From a virus, in the IMG/VR virus record IMGVR_UViG_3300050122_000047, positions 1-42,126 of that record: a stretch of DNA of 42,126 nt, one strand, 5' to 3'. This document shows, in pieces, positions 1 through 9,969 of the stretch (position 1 is the stretch's first letter; each line of letters begins with the position of its first letter). The notes under the pieces were generated by a model, which was given only the letters and a program-made list of their open reading frames with translations, was not told the origin of the DNA and made no database searches. The position numbers and the translations under genes were made by a program.

Positions 1-127
1 GCCGGTCTGCGCGGCGACGCCGGCACCGACGTTGCGCAGGGCGCGGCGGGTCCAGCCTTGGGTCGGGGCGTCGGCGTCGGGGAACAGCGTCACCACGCGC
101 ACGTCGCCTTCAAAGTCGTTGTTCAGG
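1..127. repeat. Left copy of exact 127-bp direct terminal repeat (identical to 42000-42126)
   Basis: Read base by base: gccggtctgcgcggcgacgcc...caaagtcgttgttcagg occurs at 1-127 and at 42000-42126 with no mismatch. Confidence 0.95.
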
Positions 128-750
128 TCCCCCGTGGTCGAGCGGATGATCAGGTCCGAAAACCAAGGGGTCATCTGCTGACCGGCAGGCTTGCCGCACG
201 AAATGGCGATCTGTTCCACGGACGTAACCGGGGTGTTCGTTTCGTCCTTCCAGGTGACGCCCGTGATGTTCATAACGGTCACGCCGTCAACGTCCAGGCG
301 GAAGGCACCGCCGTCAATGTCCCATTTCATCTCCAGCGCGTGCCAGGTACGGGCGCGGATCACGGGAGCTTGGGTGACGCCGACCGGGTTGCCCAGCGGG
401 CTTTCCAGGACCAGGACGCCGTCGGGGCGAAGCAGGATGCCGGCGATGGAGCTGTTTGCCCCCGTGCGCGGCTTCGTGATGTAGTAGCTGGCACCGGCCG
501 GCAGGTTGTCAACCGAGAACCCCATAGACTGGATGATCGCCGGGAATGAGCCGCCGAGGACGCGGCGCGTGGCGTTGTTGCCGCCGTCATCTTGGGTGCC
601 GCAGCGGAGCGCGACGCCGCCCGTGCGGGCTCCCCAATCGGGGACACCAGCGACGCCGGTTGAGATCGCCCAGGCCCCGTCCTGCATGTTCGGGGAGGTC
701 GCCGCGCCGAGGCCGTAATGGGCGAAGCCGTCTTGCCAGATCGTGGTCAT
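1..750 (-). CDS. 5' part (first ~250 codons) of a 733-aa tail/receptor-binding protein with two concanavalin/LamG-like domains; it continues across the circular junction into 42126..40548
   Basis: ATG at 750-748 forms an ATGA overlap with the stop of the upstream gene (747-749). My translation is MTTIWQDGFAHYGLGAATSPNMQDGAWAI...RTWHALEMKWDIDGGAFRLDVDGVTVMNITG...DLNNDFEGDVRVVTLFPDADAPTQGW. It is open to base 1 and in frame with ORF 40548..42101 once the 127-bp repeat is collapsed (623 + 1579 nt = 734 codons). It is absent from the ORF track because it runs off the window edge. Confidence 0.8.
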   Translation of the reverse strand, partial: MTTIWQDGFAHYGLGAATSPNMQDGAWAISTGVAGVPDWGARTGGVALRCGTQDDGGNNATRRVLGGSFPAIIQSMGFSVDNLPAGASYYITKPRTGANSSIAGILLRPDGVLVLESPLGNPVGVTQAPVIRARTWHALEMKWDIDGGAFRLDVDGVTVMNITGVTWKDETNTPVTSVEQIAISCGKPAGQQMTPWFSDLIIRSTTGDLNNDFEGDVRVVTLFPDADAPTQGWTRRALRNVGAGVAAQTG

Positions 751-2027
751 CCTAGCCCCTGTTCAGCTCGAAGTTGATACCGGATACGCTCCTCGATAGC
801 GTGCGTCGAGATGCGGTTGACACCGAAACTTGTAGTCTGCCCGGAGGCCATGCCGATGTTATAGACCACGCCGTCGTTGCCCACAAGCATCACGCCGTCC
901 TTGACGACAACAGCGGTGCCAGGCACCACGCCGCGCTGGAACACCCGGCCCTCAATGGGCAGGAGGGGCGCGTCACTGTCGCCTGTGGCGTACCAGTTCT
1001 CGGTGGACGCCTCGCCCATGATCATGGCCTGGTCGCCGATGGACAGCATGTCCACGATGTTGTCCGGCTGGCTTTCCTTTTCGGCGAAGTTAAGCGGGTC
1101 GATGGTCGTTTCGCCGGGGTTGATCCAGTAGAACTTCTGGCTGTTGCCGACCGAGACGAGCACGAAGCTGGACACCTGGGTCAAGGCGCGCACGGTCTGC
1201 CCGTCGGGCACCGCGACGCCGTGGAGCACCTGCACCCCGCCGCCGGTCAGCGTGGGGTCGGCGAACGTGATGTCCGAGCCGGTGTGGACGAGCGTTATGA
1301 CGCTGTTCCCGTCGGCGAATTCGCTTACGGCCGTGATGGTCGCGGACGTGGCCGGCGGGCCGCCGTTGGCGATGCCAGTGACCAGGGGGTTCGGGCCCGG
1401 CACGGTCGGGGAAAAGTCCACGCCACGGATGCCGTCGAAGTTCAGCAGGTTGACGAGCGTGGTCAGATTGTCGTCCGCGCCGCCGCTGAGCGCCAGGAAG
1501 GGGTGCGCCAGGGTGCCGTCCGCCAGGTTCGACGTGACGTCGGTGGCCCAGCCGTAGAAGGTCGAGCCGATCTGGACGATGTCGCCGGGCGTGGGTGCGC
1601 CGGTCAGCGTGCCGGCCGCCTGGGAGCCGCCGTCGTAGTATTGCAGCAGCAGGCCGTCGGCGATGAACAGATGCTGATAGCCGATGCCCTTGACGTAGGC
1701 GTGGGTCGGGTTGCCGGCCCCGTTGATCAAGCCTTCGATATGAGTCTTTGTGGCGTCCGACTGGACACGGTAGAGGTTCGGGCCGCTGACTGAGAACAGG
1801 TCGCCGTTGAACAGGCCGGGCGTGTCGAAGTTAGCGCGGTTGCCGGTGACGGGGCCAGGGGCCGAGGTCAGGTAGGCGAGCTGCTGCGAGCCGCACCGCG
1901 TGAGCAGGGTGGCTTGCTCCCGAAGGTTCGAGGGCGCGGCTTCCAGGAATCGGTTCTCCAGCCTGATCTCAGGCGCGCCGGCATACTGGCGCTTGTAGGC
2001 GAAGTGACCTAGCGGGATCGAGACCAT
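747..2027 (-). CDS. Tail hub / packaged-DNA stabilisation protein, P22 gp10-like
   Basis: 426-aa ORF placed directly after a gp4-like gene in a P22-type head module. Beta-rich, with a C-terminal region (FYWINPGETTIDPLNFAEKESQPDNIVDM...STENWYATG) resembling the gp10 family pattern. ATGA-coupled to the next gene. Confidence 0.6.
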   Translation of the reverse strand: MVSIPLGHFAYKRQYAGAPEIRLENRFLEAAPSNLREQATLLTRCGSQQLAYLTSAPGPVTGNRANFDTPGLFNGDLFSVSGPNLYRVQSDATKTHIEGLINGAGNPTHAYVKGIGYQHLFIADGLLLQYYDGGSQAAGTLTGAPTPGDIVQIGSTFYGWATDVTSNLADGTLAHPFLALSGGADDNLTTLVNLLNFDGIRGVDFSPTVPGPNPLVTGIANGGPPATSATITAVSEFADGNSVITLVHTGSDITFADPTLTGGGVQVLHGVAVPDGQTVRALTQVSSFVLVSVGNSQKFYWINPGETTIDPLNFAEKESQPDNIVDMLSIGDQAMIMGEASTENWYATGDSDAPLLPIEGRVFQRGVVPGTAVVVKDGVMLVGNDGVVYNIGMASGQTTSFGVNRISTHAIEERIRYQLRAEQGLG

Positions 2028-2807
2028 TTAGCACCACCAGCGACCGTTCGAGAAAGACTGATCCGTCTTCGGGATTTGCTCCGAGCCGTAGGTCGTGACC
2101 TGTTTCTGGCGGTAACGCGCCTTGAGGCGCTGCAAAGCCATGTCGGCCGTCTTGACGGTCAGGGTGGAGGGCGTCTTGCTGTAGCGCGGCGCTTGGCGCA
2201 GCGACAACGCGCAAATGAAGAAGTCGTTGAACATGCGCGGGAACGGCATCTCGTCCGTCGCGGCGATGTCGGTGATGCGCTGCCAGGACGCCAGATCAGC
2301 GCGATACATCCACTCCATGGGCTCCGTGACCGGGCCGGTGATGGTGAGCGCGGCTGCGCCGTCGATGAATTTGCCGTTGCCGTCCAGGGTGATCGCCGAG
2401 CCGTCTAGGCCGCCGTCGCCAGCGCCAGAGGCACCGATCAGCGCCATGCGCGAGCCGTCGTCCGGGGCGTCGGGGAAATAGACCTTGATCGTGGTGTTAC
2501 CCCAGACGATCCGGCTGTTCGTGGGCGGGATCGGCCAGACGTTGACCAGGGGTTGGCCCTGAACCCAGCCGTCGCCGCCGACGGGGTCTTGCGGGAAGCT
2601 GGAGGGGCGCGGTGCGGTGCGTTGGGGCGCGGCGGCCAGCCAGTCCACATAGTTCTCGCCCAGCTCATAGCCGAAAATGGACGAGATGAAGTTGTTCAGC
2701 AGAACAAGAGCCTCTGCCAGTTCGTCGTCCGAGGGGTTCTTCCCAACCGGAATCAGGTTGTTTTCGCGGAAGCCCTGGATGATAACGGCAGAGGCTGGGT
2801 TCGACAT
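2028..2807 (-). CDS. Head-to-tail adaptor, P22 gp4-like N-terminus
   Basis: 259 aa. The N-terminal VIIQGFRENNLIPVGKNPSDDELAEALVLLNNFISSIFG matches the gp4-type pattern (LVRAALRKLGV...[21 protein letters not shown]). The gene sits between the coat and gp10-like genes. Confidence 0.55.
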   Translation of the reverse strand: MSNPASAVIIQGFRENNLIPVGKNPSDDELAEALVLLNNFISSIFGYELGENYVDWLAAAPQRTAPRPSSFPQDPVGGDGWVQGQPLVNVWPIPPTNSRIVWGNTTIKVYFPDAPDDGSRMALIGASGAGDGGLDGSAITLDGNGKFIDGAAALTITGPVTEPMEWMYRADLASWQRITDIAATDEMPFPRMFNDFFICALSLRQAPRYSKTPSTLTVKTADMALQRLKARYRQKQVTTYGSEQIPKTDQSFSNGRWWC

Positions 2808-2813
2808 GGTGTC

Positions 2814-3224
2814 TTACTCGCTCGGGAACAAAGCCAGCAGGGCGACGGCGTCGGCACCTTCGGGCGCGGTTACAGGGGTCGGCAGGGCCGCGAGGGCTTC
2901 CTTGAGGCTGGCGACCAGCAGGTCATACAGCGCCTTGGTTCCCGCGTTGCCCGCAAACGGGACATTGCCGGCCTTGAGGTAGTCCGTGACCTGCGCGCGG
3001 GTCAGCGGCAGAGCGTCGGGCGCGGCGGTGTTCTTAGCGACGGTTTTGCCCTCGGCCATTTCCTCCGGGGTCGGGTAGCGGTCGATCCAACCTTCCGGCA
3101 CGTCGCCGGCATCTTGGAACACACGGGTCTCGCCCGTGGCCGGGTCCCAGCGTTGGCCGGGGAACTTGATAGAGGCGTCGCCAGCCGGGGGCGTGACATG
3201 ACGGATGATATTAGCTTCTCCCAT
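2814..3224 (-). CDS. Hypothetical virion-module protein (136 aa)
   Basis: ORF with high GC3 between the coat terminator and the adaptor gene, preceded by SD-like GGAGA (caggagacccgtcATG). No motif recognised. Confidence 0.65.
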   Translation of the reverse strand: MGEANIIRHVTPPAGDASIKFPGQRWDPATGETRVFQDAGDVPEGWIDRYPTPEEMAEGKTVAKNTAAPDALPLTRAQVTDYLKAGNVPFAGNAGTKALYDLLVASLKEALAALPTPVTAPEGADAVALLALFPSE

Positions 3225-3242
3225 GACGGGTCTCCTGTTTAG

Positions 3243-3280
3243 CTAAAAGGCCGTGCGCCATTGAGACACACGGCCCGGTT
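3243..3280 (-). terminator. Rho-independent terminator/attenuator just downstream of the major capsid gene
   Basis: On the minus strand: GGCCGTG(3275-3269) / CACGGCC(3255-3249) stem, extendable, followed by TTTTAG. This is the classic placement after a coat gene. Confidence 0.6.
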
Positions 3281-3301
3281 TTAGTCAAGCTCTGGAGCCT
3301 C

Positions 3302-4627
3302 TTAGGTGCCGCAGATGCGGGTGCCCAGGAAGCCGTCCATGACATCGCCGCCGTAGATCATATCCCAGCGGTGGATATGAGCGCCGGTCGTGATGTCGGA
3401 CCCACGCCAGTAGCGGATCGAGATGCCGGTGTCCGGGTCAGTCGCGAACGACGCGATGCCGGTGAAGGGCATTTGCAGCCGGGCCGAGACCAGGCTGATG
3501 GCGCGCTTGTGGAACGCCGACTTGATCCGAACGGTCGTGGAGGCCGCGCCCACATACTGGATATGCGCGCTGTCCGCCGGGATGCTGTCAACGGTGCCGA
3601 AGGCGCTGTTGGCGTTGGCGTTGGCCGTGGCGTCGTTCGTGCCCTGAACGATGATCGCCGGGGTGATCGTGAGGGTGATGGCACCGCCCGCAGCCGACAC
3701 AGCGTCCGTGAGGACGGTGTATTGTTGCAGGTAGTCCAGCTTTTGCTGGTTGCGCCAGTCCCAGGCGAACACGTTGGCGATGGTGAAGACTTCGCCGGCC
3801 TTGACGGTCAGAGCGTTGCCGCCGCCTTTGAGCAGGATCGTTTGGGTCATGCCCTTAACGCCGGCCGAGCCCTTGACGTCGCGATAGTTGACGTTCTGAG
3901 CGCCGCCGTCGATCTGAGCGCCCGTGGTCGCGCCGTCGCCTTGAACCCGCGTGCCCGTGGTCAGGCTCGGGGTTTGCTGCGTGGCATACCAGTCCACTTC
4001 CGAGATGATCGGGATGCGGACCTTTTGGAGCGCCGTGGCGTTCTCGGAAGGCAAGAACTGCGTGAGCATGGTGCCACGGATTTGCTCGCCGTCGCGGAAG
4101 GTCACGACGCCGGACAGGTCCGCGTTGGGCACGCCCTGTTCCATCAGGCGCGTGTGAGCGCCCATGGCTTGGGACGGGCTGGAAATGCTCTTGGTCGGGT
4201 CGATGGCGTTGGCCGAACCCGTGCCCGGAGCAGCGCCGGCCACCCACGAGGGGAACTTGAGGGTCTGCGAGGCGATGAACTTATCCACGGAGTGGGCCAG
4301 CGTCGAGGCCGCCGACTTCATGGTTTCGTTGCGCATCAGCTCGTTGAAGCTCTGGACGTATTCCAGATCGCCCACGGAAATGTGGACGTTCTTGTATTGG
4401 TCCACGGTGACGGGCGCGGTGCCGACGACCAGGTCTTGCGCTTGCAGGGTCGCGCCGTCTTTGGCGAGGAACCGGGGCGGGCGCTTGACGTTGATGGTCA
4501 GGCCGTTTTCGTCGGTGACTTGGTCCTTGAACTGGCCATCGACCAGGCGACCGTAAACGAGCTGGTTCTTGAGCAGCAGGAGCATGACATTGGCATACTC
4601 CTGCGCATTGAGAAACTGGTTAGACAT
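3302..4627 (-). CDS. Major capsid protein, P22 coat-protein family
   Basis: 441 aa, downstream of the scaffold gene. N-terminus MSNQFLNAQEYANVMLLLLKNQLVYGRLV and C-terminus ...ISIRYWRGSDITTGAHIHRWDMIYGGDVMDGFLGTRI fit the P22-type coat pattern. Followed by a terminator. Confidence 0.8.
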   Translation of the reverse strand: MSNQFLNAQEYANVMLLLLKNQLVYGRLVDGQFKDQVTDENGLTINVKRPPRFLAKDGATLQAQDLVVGTAPVTVDQYKNVHISVGDLEYVQSFNELMRNETMKSAASTLAHSVDKFIASQTLKFPSWVAGAAPGTGSANAIDPTKSISSPSQAMGAHTRLMEQGVPNADLSGVVTFRDGEQIRGTMLTQFLPSENATALQKVRIPIISEVDWYATQQTPSLTTGTRVQGDGATTGAQIDGGAQNVNYRDVKGSAGVKGMTQTILLKGGGNALTVKAGEVFTIANVFAWDWRNQQKLDYLQQYTVLTDAVSAAGGAITLTITPAIIVQGTNDATANANANSAFGTVDSIPADSAHIQYVGAASTTVRIKSAFHKRAISLVSARLQMPFTGIASFATDPDTGISIRYWRGSDITTGAHIHRWDMIYGGDVMDGFLGTRICGT

Positions 4628-4645
4628 GAGCCTAAGTCCTTTGGG

Positions 4646-5752
4646 TTAGCCCTGGGACATAGCCTCCCGCTCAAAAGCGGCGAAGTCTGCCCCAGCAGCG
4701 TGTGAAGCTTCGGGAGCCCCTGAGCCGCGAGTGCGGGTGATGGGGGCAGGTGCAGCGCTGACCTTGGCCTTAACTTTGGTTGCGTCCTCAGACGCGCCCT
4801 TCGTCTTGCCATCGCCGGTCTCGGCGTCGAGCGCAGCCTCTTGTCGGCCGAGCCAGGCGACTTGCTTTGAAGGAGACAAAGCCGCGATCTCCGTTGCTTC
4901 CTTTACGTCGGAAGCGAGACGATAGGCGATTGCGTGTCCGTGGTCAGACTCGATCAATGCTGCCCCAAGAGCGGCGGACAAAGGCCAGGCCCCGTCCCGT
5001 GCCCCTTGGATCACGGTCTCGTAGAAGTCGTCGTATTTGTCGTTGCCCGCTTCCGCAAAGGCTTCGATTTGTGCCGCCGCTTCCTGTTCAGCCGCCGTCC
5101 GAGTGTCGGTGGCCGTCTTCTCTGCCTGTTTCGCGCGATCAGCGGCCAATTCGGCGCGCGTCTCGAACCGGGCCAGCGCCCGAATGTAGCCTTGATCCAG
5201 TTCCCCGTAGGTGAAGTCCTTGGGGTCTGGAGCGGCTTCACCATTGACAGTAGCCGCAGGTGTGGTTCCTGTCAACGGGGGTTTTTCACCTTTTTCCAAG
5301 GCGGCCAGACGTGCCTCCAGGTCCGCGCTGCGCTGTTCAGCGGCGGTCGCCCGGACCTCGGCGGCGTTCTTGCCACGGATGGCCTGGTTGATGCGTTGCT
5401 GCACCGAGCGCTTGGGCGTGTCGCCGGCCGGCTTGATCTTGGCGTCGCGGGCGTCCTGGAGCGCCTTGGCGGTCTCCTCATCCGTCAACTCGGAGCCCTT
5501 CTTGGCCTCCGCTGCCGTGATGATCTTGTCGGCCTCGTCATCGGTTAGCGCCGTGATCACGGGCACCTTGTCGCCGGCCGTCTTGCCGGTGGCGGCGTCT
5601 TCATTCGCGGTCGTGTTCTTGCCCTGGACCGGGTTCAAGTCCTCGGTCTTGGGGTCGATGGTCACGCTATCTTGCGACGTGAAGCCGCTGAACTTGGCCA
5701 TCTCTTCGGCCACGGTGGGCGCGGGGGCTTGAACTGCATCTCCGGTAGGCAT
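4646..5752 (-). CDS. Scaffolding protein
   Basis: 368 aa, Ala/Glu/Lys-rich with predicted coiled-coil character. Sits between the portal and coat genes. Confidence 0.7.
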   Translation of the reverse strand: MPTGDAVQAPAPTVAEEMAKFSGFTSQDSVTIDPKTEDLNPVQGKNTTANEDAATGKTAGDKVPVITALTDDEADKIITAAEAKKGSELTDEETAKALQDARDAKIKPAGDTPKRSVQQRINQAIRGKNAAEVRATAAEQRSADLEARLAALEKGEKPPLTGTTPAATVNGEAAPDPKDFTYGELDQGYIRALARFETRAELAADRAKQAEKTATDTRTAAEQEAAAQIEAFAEAGNDKYDDFYETVIQGARDGAWPLSAALGAALIESDHGHAIAYRLASDVKEATEIAALSPSKQVAWLGRQEAALDAETGDGKTKGASEDATKVKAKVSAAPAPITRTRGSGAPEASHAAGADFAAFEREAMSQG

Positions 5753-5766
5753 GTGTCTCTCCTGGG

Positions 5767-7842
5767 TTAATGACCGTCGGCGGCGCGGACGGCGTCTAGT
5801 GAGCCACGCAGTTCGCGGTCAGCGGATTGCGAGGCGGCGTTCGTCTGTTCGACCTGTAGCTTTTGCGGCGCGAGCTGGCTGGTGACGGCGTAGTTTTCGG
5901 CGCGAGCGTTGTTCATGGAGGTCTGCGACTGCGTGTTCAGGTACGCGGCGATAGCCTGGTGCAGCGCCAGTTGGGTCTGGGTGGCGCTTTCCTGGGACTT
6001 CTGCTGCTGCATCTGCTGCATCTCGGGCGTCATGTCGTCCGGCGAGACCATGCCAGGCGGCAGGGTCATGCGGATGCGGCGCGCGATCTCCTCGTGCCCT
6101 GGCCAGTCCATCGCCTCGGCGACCAGGTCCATGGTGTAGGCGGCCACGGACGGCGCGGCGTTCACGAACGTCATAATGCTGTCAGCAGATTCGATCCGGC
6201 GGGTCGCTGTGGTCGGCGCGGTCGCGGCCGTGACGCTGTAGAGGCCGATGCTGAGATCGGGGCTGTCCGGGTCGTTGGGCGTGTTGATCTGGGCCAGCGC
6301 CTGGACGCCATCCTTGCCGAGGATTTTGACGGTGCGCGGCGTGTCGTAGGTCGTGGAAATGAGCTGGTTCACGACGATAGCGCTTTCCTCAATCGCGGCC
6401 TCCAGGTTGTCCTGATAGATGACCGTGCCGGTGTCCGAGACGCGCTGGCGGGCCACGATGGCCGCGCCGGAGACCTCGTTAGACGGCATCCCGAGGTTCG
6501 CCTCGTGGATGTTCGAGACGTCCTTCATGTCCTGGCTGGACATTTCCGCCTGGCTGGACAGAGCGTTCTCGATCTGAGCCGGCGGGATGCGCTCGGGCTT
6601 GGAGCCTGATTCGCTGTTCCAGATCAGCAGCGGGTCGTCGGAAAGGTGGCTGTTGCGCCATTCTTGCTCGCGGCCAGCCACGGCCACGTCCGACGCGGCC
6701 CAGACGCCACGCGGGGTCTGCATGAGCTTTTCCGCATAGACCGAACGCCAGAAGTTGTGCAGGCGCTGCGGGTCCTTGAGGAAGCGGACGAGGCCCCAGC
6801 GGTGCTTCCACTCGCTGATGTTAATTTCCCAGCCCGGCACCCGGAAGACGGGCACGCGGCTGATCGGAAGCTCATAGGGGCCTTCCAGGATGTCGGTTCC
6901 GCTGCAAAGGTACATTTGCGCGTACTTTTTGTCCACCTGGCGGATAACGGGCGAGCCGTCTTTGCGCTGGGTGATCTGGCCCAGGAGGTTGTCCGGGTCG
7001 CTGTCGGCGGTGATGTCGGTGATGTCCTTGACCGAGCCGTCGTTCAGGAGCGCGATGGTGCGGCGCTTGGTCAGCATCCGCCAGTAGGAGACCACGCGGA
7101 CGTCGTCAACGCTGATCCAGCCGTTCAGCCGCAGGTCGCCGCGCATGACGCTGTCAACGACGATGTCAGCGGCGGTCGCCCAGGGCCAGCGCTTCTTGAA
7201 GGCCCCCATTTTCATGGTGTCCACGACGAAACAGTGGTCGGCGTCCTTGCCGGTGCCGTCCTGCATCATGCGATCCCAGATCACGGCCATGTGGTCGTTG
7301 ATCGCGGAGTATTTGATGACCTGGTCGAAGACTTCCTCGCTGGCGTAGTCCAGCTCCACTTGGAAGTTGCCGACGCCGCACATAACAGAGCCCTCGTAGG
7401 CCTTGTCGAAGGCGTTCTGGCCCTTGGACAGCTTAATAATCGAGCGGATTAGACCTTCGCGAATACTTGCGACGGCCTGCGTGCCGCCGTTGTCCGGGAG
7501 CACCTTCACGGTCGTCTCGTTCATGCGCCGCGCGCCGATGACTTGGGCGATGAAGGCCGGCAGGCGGTTGACAGTCAGGGTTGGCTTGCGGGCCGCCTCG
7601 CGGCGCAGGCGCACGGCGTCGTTCCACTGGTTGCCGGCCACAAACTGGAGGTCTTCATAGGCCCCGTCGCGGTTCAGCCGGTCGTATTCGATGTCGTTAT
7701 AAAATTCCTTCCGCATGTGCGCCAGGAACGCATAGACGGAATCAAAGCCGGTCGGCACTGCGGTCTTGGGCCGGTTATCGGGGCCCTTGGTCGTGCGCGT
7801 GTTGCGGATGTTGGTCGAACCTGTGGTTTGTACCTTCGCCAT
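5767..7842 (-). CDS. Portal protein (P22-like, with long C-terminal helical Q-rich barrel)
   Basis: 691 aa from ATG 7842 (MAKVQTTG...), 1 nt after the TerL stop (TGAcATG). Size and position fit a portal, as does the C-terminal QQMQQQKSQESATQTQLALHQAIAAYLNTQSQ helix. The track start at 7869 would overlap TerL. Confidence 0.85.
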   Translation of the reverse strand: MAKVQTTGSTNIRNTRTTKGPDNRPKTAVPTGFDSVYAFLAHMRKEFYNDIEYDRLNRDGAYEDLQFVAGNQWNDAVRLRREAARKPTLTVNRLPAFIAQVIGARRMNETTVKVLPDNGGTQAVASIREGLIRSIIKLSKGQNAFDKAYEGSVMCGVGNFQVELDYASEEVFDQVIKYSAINDHMAVIWDRMMQDGTGKDADHCFVVDTMKMGAFKKRWPWATAADIVVDSVMRGDLRLNGWISVDDVRVVSYWRMLTKRRTIALLNDGSVKDITDITADSDPDNLLGQITQRKDGSPVIRQVDKKYAQMYLCSGTDILEGPYELPISRVPVFRVPGWEINISEWKHRWGLVRFLKDPQRLHNFWRSVYAEKLMQTPRGVWAASDVAVAGREQEWRNSHLSDDPLLIWNSESGSKPERIPPAQIENALSSQAEMSSQDMKDVSNIHEANLGMPSNEVSGAAIVARQRVSDTGTVIYQDNLEAAIEESAIVVNQLISTTYDTPRTVKILGKDGVQALAQINTPNDPDSPDLSIGLYSVTAATAPTTATRRIESADSIMTFVNAAPSVAAYTMDLVAEAMDWPGHEEIARRIRMTLPPGMVSPDDMTPEMQQMQQQKSQESATQTQLALHQAIAAYLNTQSQTSMNNARAENYAVTSQLAPQKLQVEQTNAASQSADRELRGSLDAVRAADGH

Positions 7843-7843
7843 G

Positions 7844-9475
7844 TCAACCCATCCAACCCCCACCGCCATTGATAGGTGGCGGAACGTAGCCCGGTGCCGG
7901 TGCCGGTGTCAAGTTCTGGTGTGCGTCGGGGTCGCCGTAGTTGACATTTGTGTCATCCGAGGCCTGGAAACGGTCGAAATGCTCGTTGGATGCGAAGGTC
8001 AGGGCCACCGAGTCGGCCAGGTCGGGCGAGCGCACCTTCCGGGCCTTCATGTCCACTTTGCTCTCCAGCAGGAAGTCGTTATTGACCTGCGGCTTGAGGC
8101 GCGGCGCGCTCATGTCGGTTTGCAGGGAGTCGTCGTCGGGCAGGTCCGCGCCGGCCGGGTCCACCAGCCAGTCGTTCATCCGCTGCCACATTTCCGCGCG
8201 GCGGTTCTTAGGGCCGGCGACCTTCGGGCGGGCGACCTTGGCCTGTGAGGTCTCGCCGAAGTTCACCGACCGCACGACCTTGGCGTATTTGGGGCCGTAG
8301 GCCTTAACGAGCGTGATGATCGCGGCCCCGATGTTGCCGGCGTCGATGTTGACGCGGGCCGGGTTCAGCTCGTCAATGAGCGTCTTGATCCACAGCGCGC
8401 CTTCCAGCACGTTGATCTTGTTGCGATACTTGACCCAGGAGACCTTCATGCCGCGCCTGGCGGCCACGGAGAACCGATCCCCGCCGTTCGAGGCCGGGTC
8501 CACGCCCAGGATCAGGGGGCCGTAGGCGTCGCGGCGGCGCTTCCGGGCGCGCATGACGTCGATGGATCGGATGAAGGGCTCGTGGCCGACGGGAGCTGTC
8601 CAGGCCTCGGCAGGCGTTGCCGGATATTCGCGCTGAAACAGCAGCGGGTCGCGCAGCTCGTGGATTTTGTTGCGCCGCCAGCACATTTGACCAAGGTTCA
8701 GCCCAAACATCGACGCATACTCGACCTCGGACAGCTCGCCGTCGTCGGCGTCGTTAGACAGCTCGAAGTCCGACGGCGGCGGGCGGCTGTACTCCGGTGC
8801 CAGCCACCAGGGCAGGAACACGGCGATGTAATCGCCCCGGCCGGCCTCGGCGTCGAGGTAGCGCTCATAGAACTCGCCGCCAGCGCCTGCCGACGTGCTC
8901 TCCAGGATGATCTCGGTGTCATCCTCCAGCGGGACGCCCTGCACGGACGCGGCGAAGTGGTCCGGGGCGTTGGCCCAGAAGGCGACCTCGGACCCGTGGA
9001 GGAGCGACGTGGCCTTGCCCCGGCCGCCGGCCTTCGTGCCTGCCGTTGCCACGGCGTAGGAGCTGTCCAGCTTGTCGAACACCAGCTCCTTGGCGTTGGA
9101 CGTGCCGACGTGCGGTGCCAGGGGGTTGTTGCGCTGGTAGCGGTCCACCATGCCGAAGAGGGTATCGGATGCGCTCTGCTCGTGGCTCAAAATATAGACG
9201 TTCCGGCCCTTGCGGAGCGACGCCTTGTGGTAGAACCGGGCCCCGGTGTAGGTGCTGATGCCCTGTTGCCGGCCCTTGAGCACCAGGACGCGGACGAACC
9301 CGTGCTCGGCCTTCTGGGCCTCCAGCCGGGCGTGTAGGGCGAGCTGGGAGGCGTTCATTATAAACGGCTCGACCTTACCGGCCTTGGTCCGCACCTTGAG
9401 GCACTTTTCCCCGAAGCGCGCGAGGTCGTCGCGGACGGCTTTCAGGGTGGCGAGACGGTCATCGGGTGTCAGCAC
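7844..9475 (-). CDS. terL: Terminase large subunit
   Basis: 543 aa with a Walker-A-like VLKGRQQGISTY and a C-terminal nuclease-type region. GTG start preceded by AGGAG. Immediately upstream of the portal gene. Confidence 0.9.
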   Translation of the reverse strand: MLTPDDRLATLKAVRDDLARFGEKCLKVRTKAGKVEPFIMNASQLALHARLEAQKAEHGFVRVLVLKGRQQGISTYTGARFYHKASLRKGRNVYILSHEQSASDTLFGMVDRYQRNNPLAPHVGTSNAKELVFDKLDSSYAVATAGTKAGGRGKATSLLHGSEVAFWANAPDHFAASVQGVPLEDDTEIILESTSAGAGGEFYERYLDAEAGRGDYIAVFLPWWLAPEYSRPPPSDFELSNDADDGELSEVEYASMFGLNLGQMCWRRNKIHELRDPLLFQREYPATPAEAWTAPVGHEPFIRSIDVMRARKRRRDAYGPLILGVDPASNGGDRFSVAARRGMKVSWVKYRNKINVLEGALWIKTLIDELNPARVNIDAGNIGAAIITLVKAYGPKYAKVVRSVNFGETSQAKVARPKVAGPKNRRAEMWQRMNDWLVDPAGADLPDDDSLQTDMSAPRLKPQVNNDFLLESKVDMKARKVRSPDLADSVALTFASNEHFDRFQASDDTNVNYGDPDAHQNLTPAPAPGYVPPPINGGGGWMG

Positions 9476-9487
9476 GGGAGGCTCCTA

Positions 9488-9540
9488 GCGCCAGGCCGCT
9501 CACAATGAGCACACGGGATGGGCCGTGTAAAGCCTGGCGC
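9488..9540 (-). other. Nested stem-loop in the 114-nt terS-terL spacer
   Basis: gcgccagg (9488-9495) pairs with cctggcgc (9533-9540). An inner acacgg/ccgtgt pair is also present. Confidence 0.3.
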
Positions 9541-9589
9541 GGTCGGGGAGACAGCCGACACCCTGAATCTAGCGCCGGCCGGGTTAACG

Positions 9590-9937
9590 TCAAGTGACAT
9601 CATCGTCACTCCGGGGCACCGGCTCGAAGTGGCCTTCCTCGACCTCTTCCAGGTCGATGGTGTTGGCCTCGGCCTTGCGGTCTTCCTCGTCCAGGCGGTC
9701 CAGCAGGTCTTCGACGCCGCCGCCCAGGGTGTGTTCGTTGCTGCTGACACGAGGCAGGCCTTTGCCCCAGAGCTTCATAAACTGCCAGTAGGCGTCGGGA
9801 GAGCGTTCGACCTCGTGGGCCAGCCGCTCGACGCCGCCGACCATTTCAAACACGGTGTCCATGATCTCGTTCCGCCGCCGAGACGACATGTGCGAGATTA
9901 TCTGGCCGGACGGGAGGACAATCGGGAGACGGGACAT
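9590..9937 (-). CDS. terS: Putative terminase small subunit
   Basis: 115 aa directly upstream of terL. GGVERLAHEVERSPDAYWQFMKLWGKGLPR resembles the common small-terminase motif (GG.e.L..wa...P..fy.l..kLlPk). Acidic C-terminus. Confidence 0.55.
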   Translation of the reverse strand: MSRLPIVLPSGQIISHMSSRRRNEIMDTVFEMVGGVERLAHEVERSPDAYWQFMKLWGKGLPRVSSNEHTLGGGVEDLLDRLDEEDRKAEANTIDLEEVEEGHFEPVPRSDDDVT

Positions 9938-9969
9938 GGCGGCAGGCTACTCTGGCGCTACCGCTGGTG

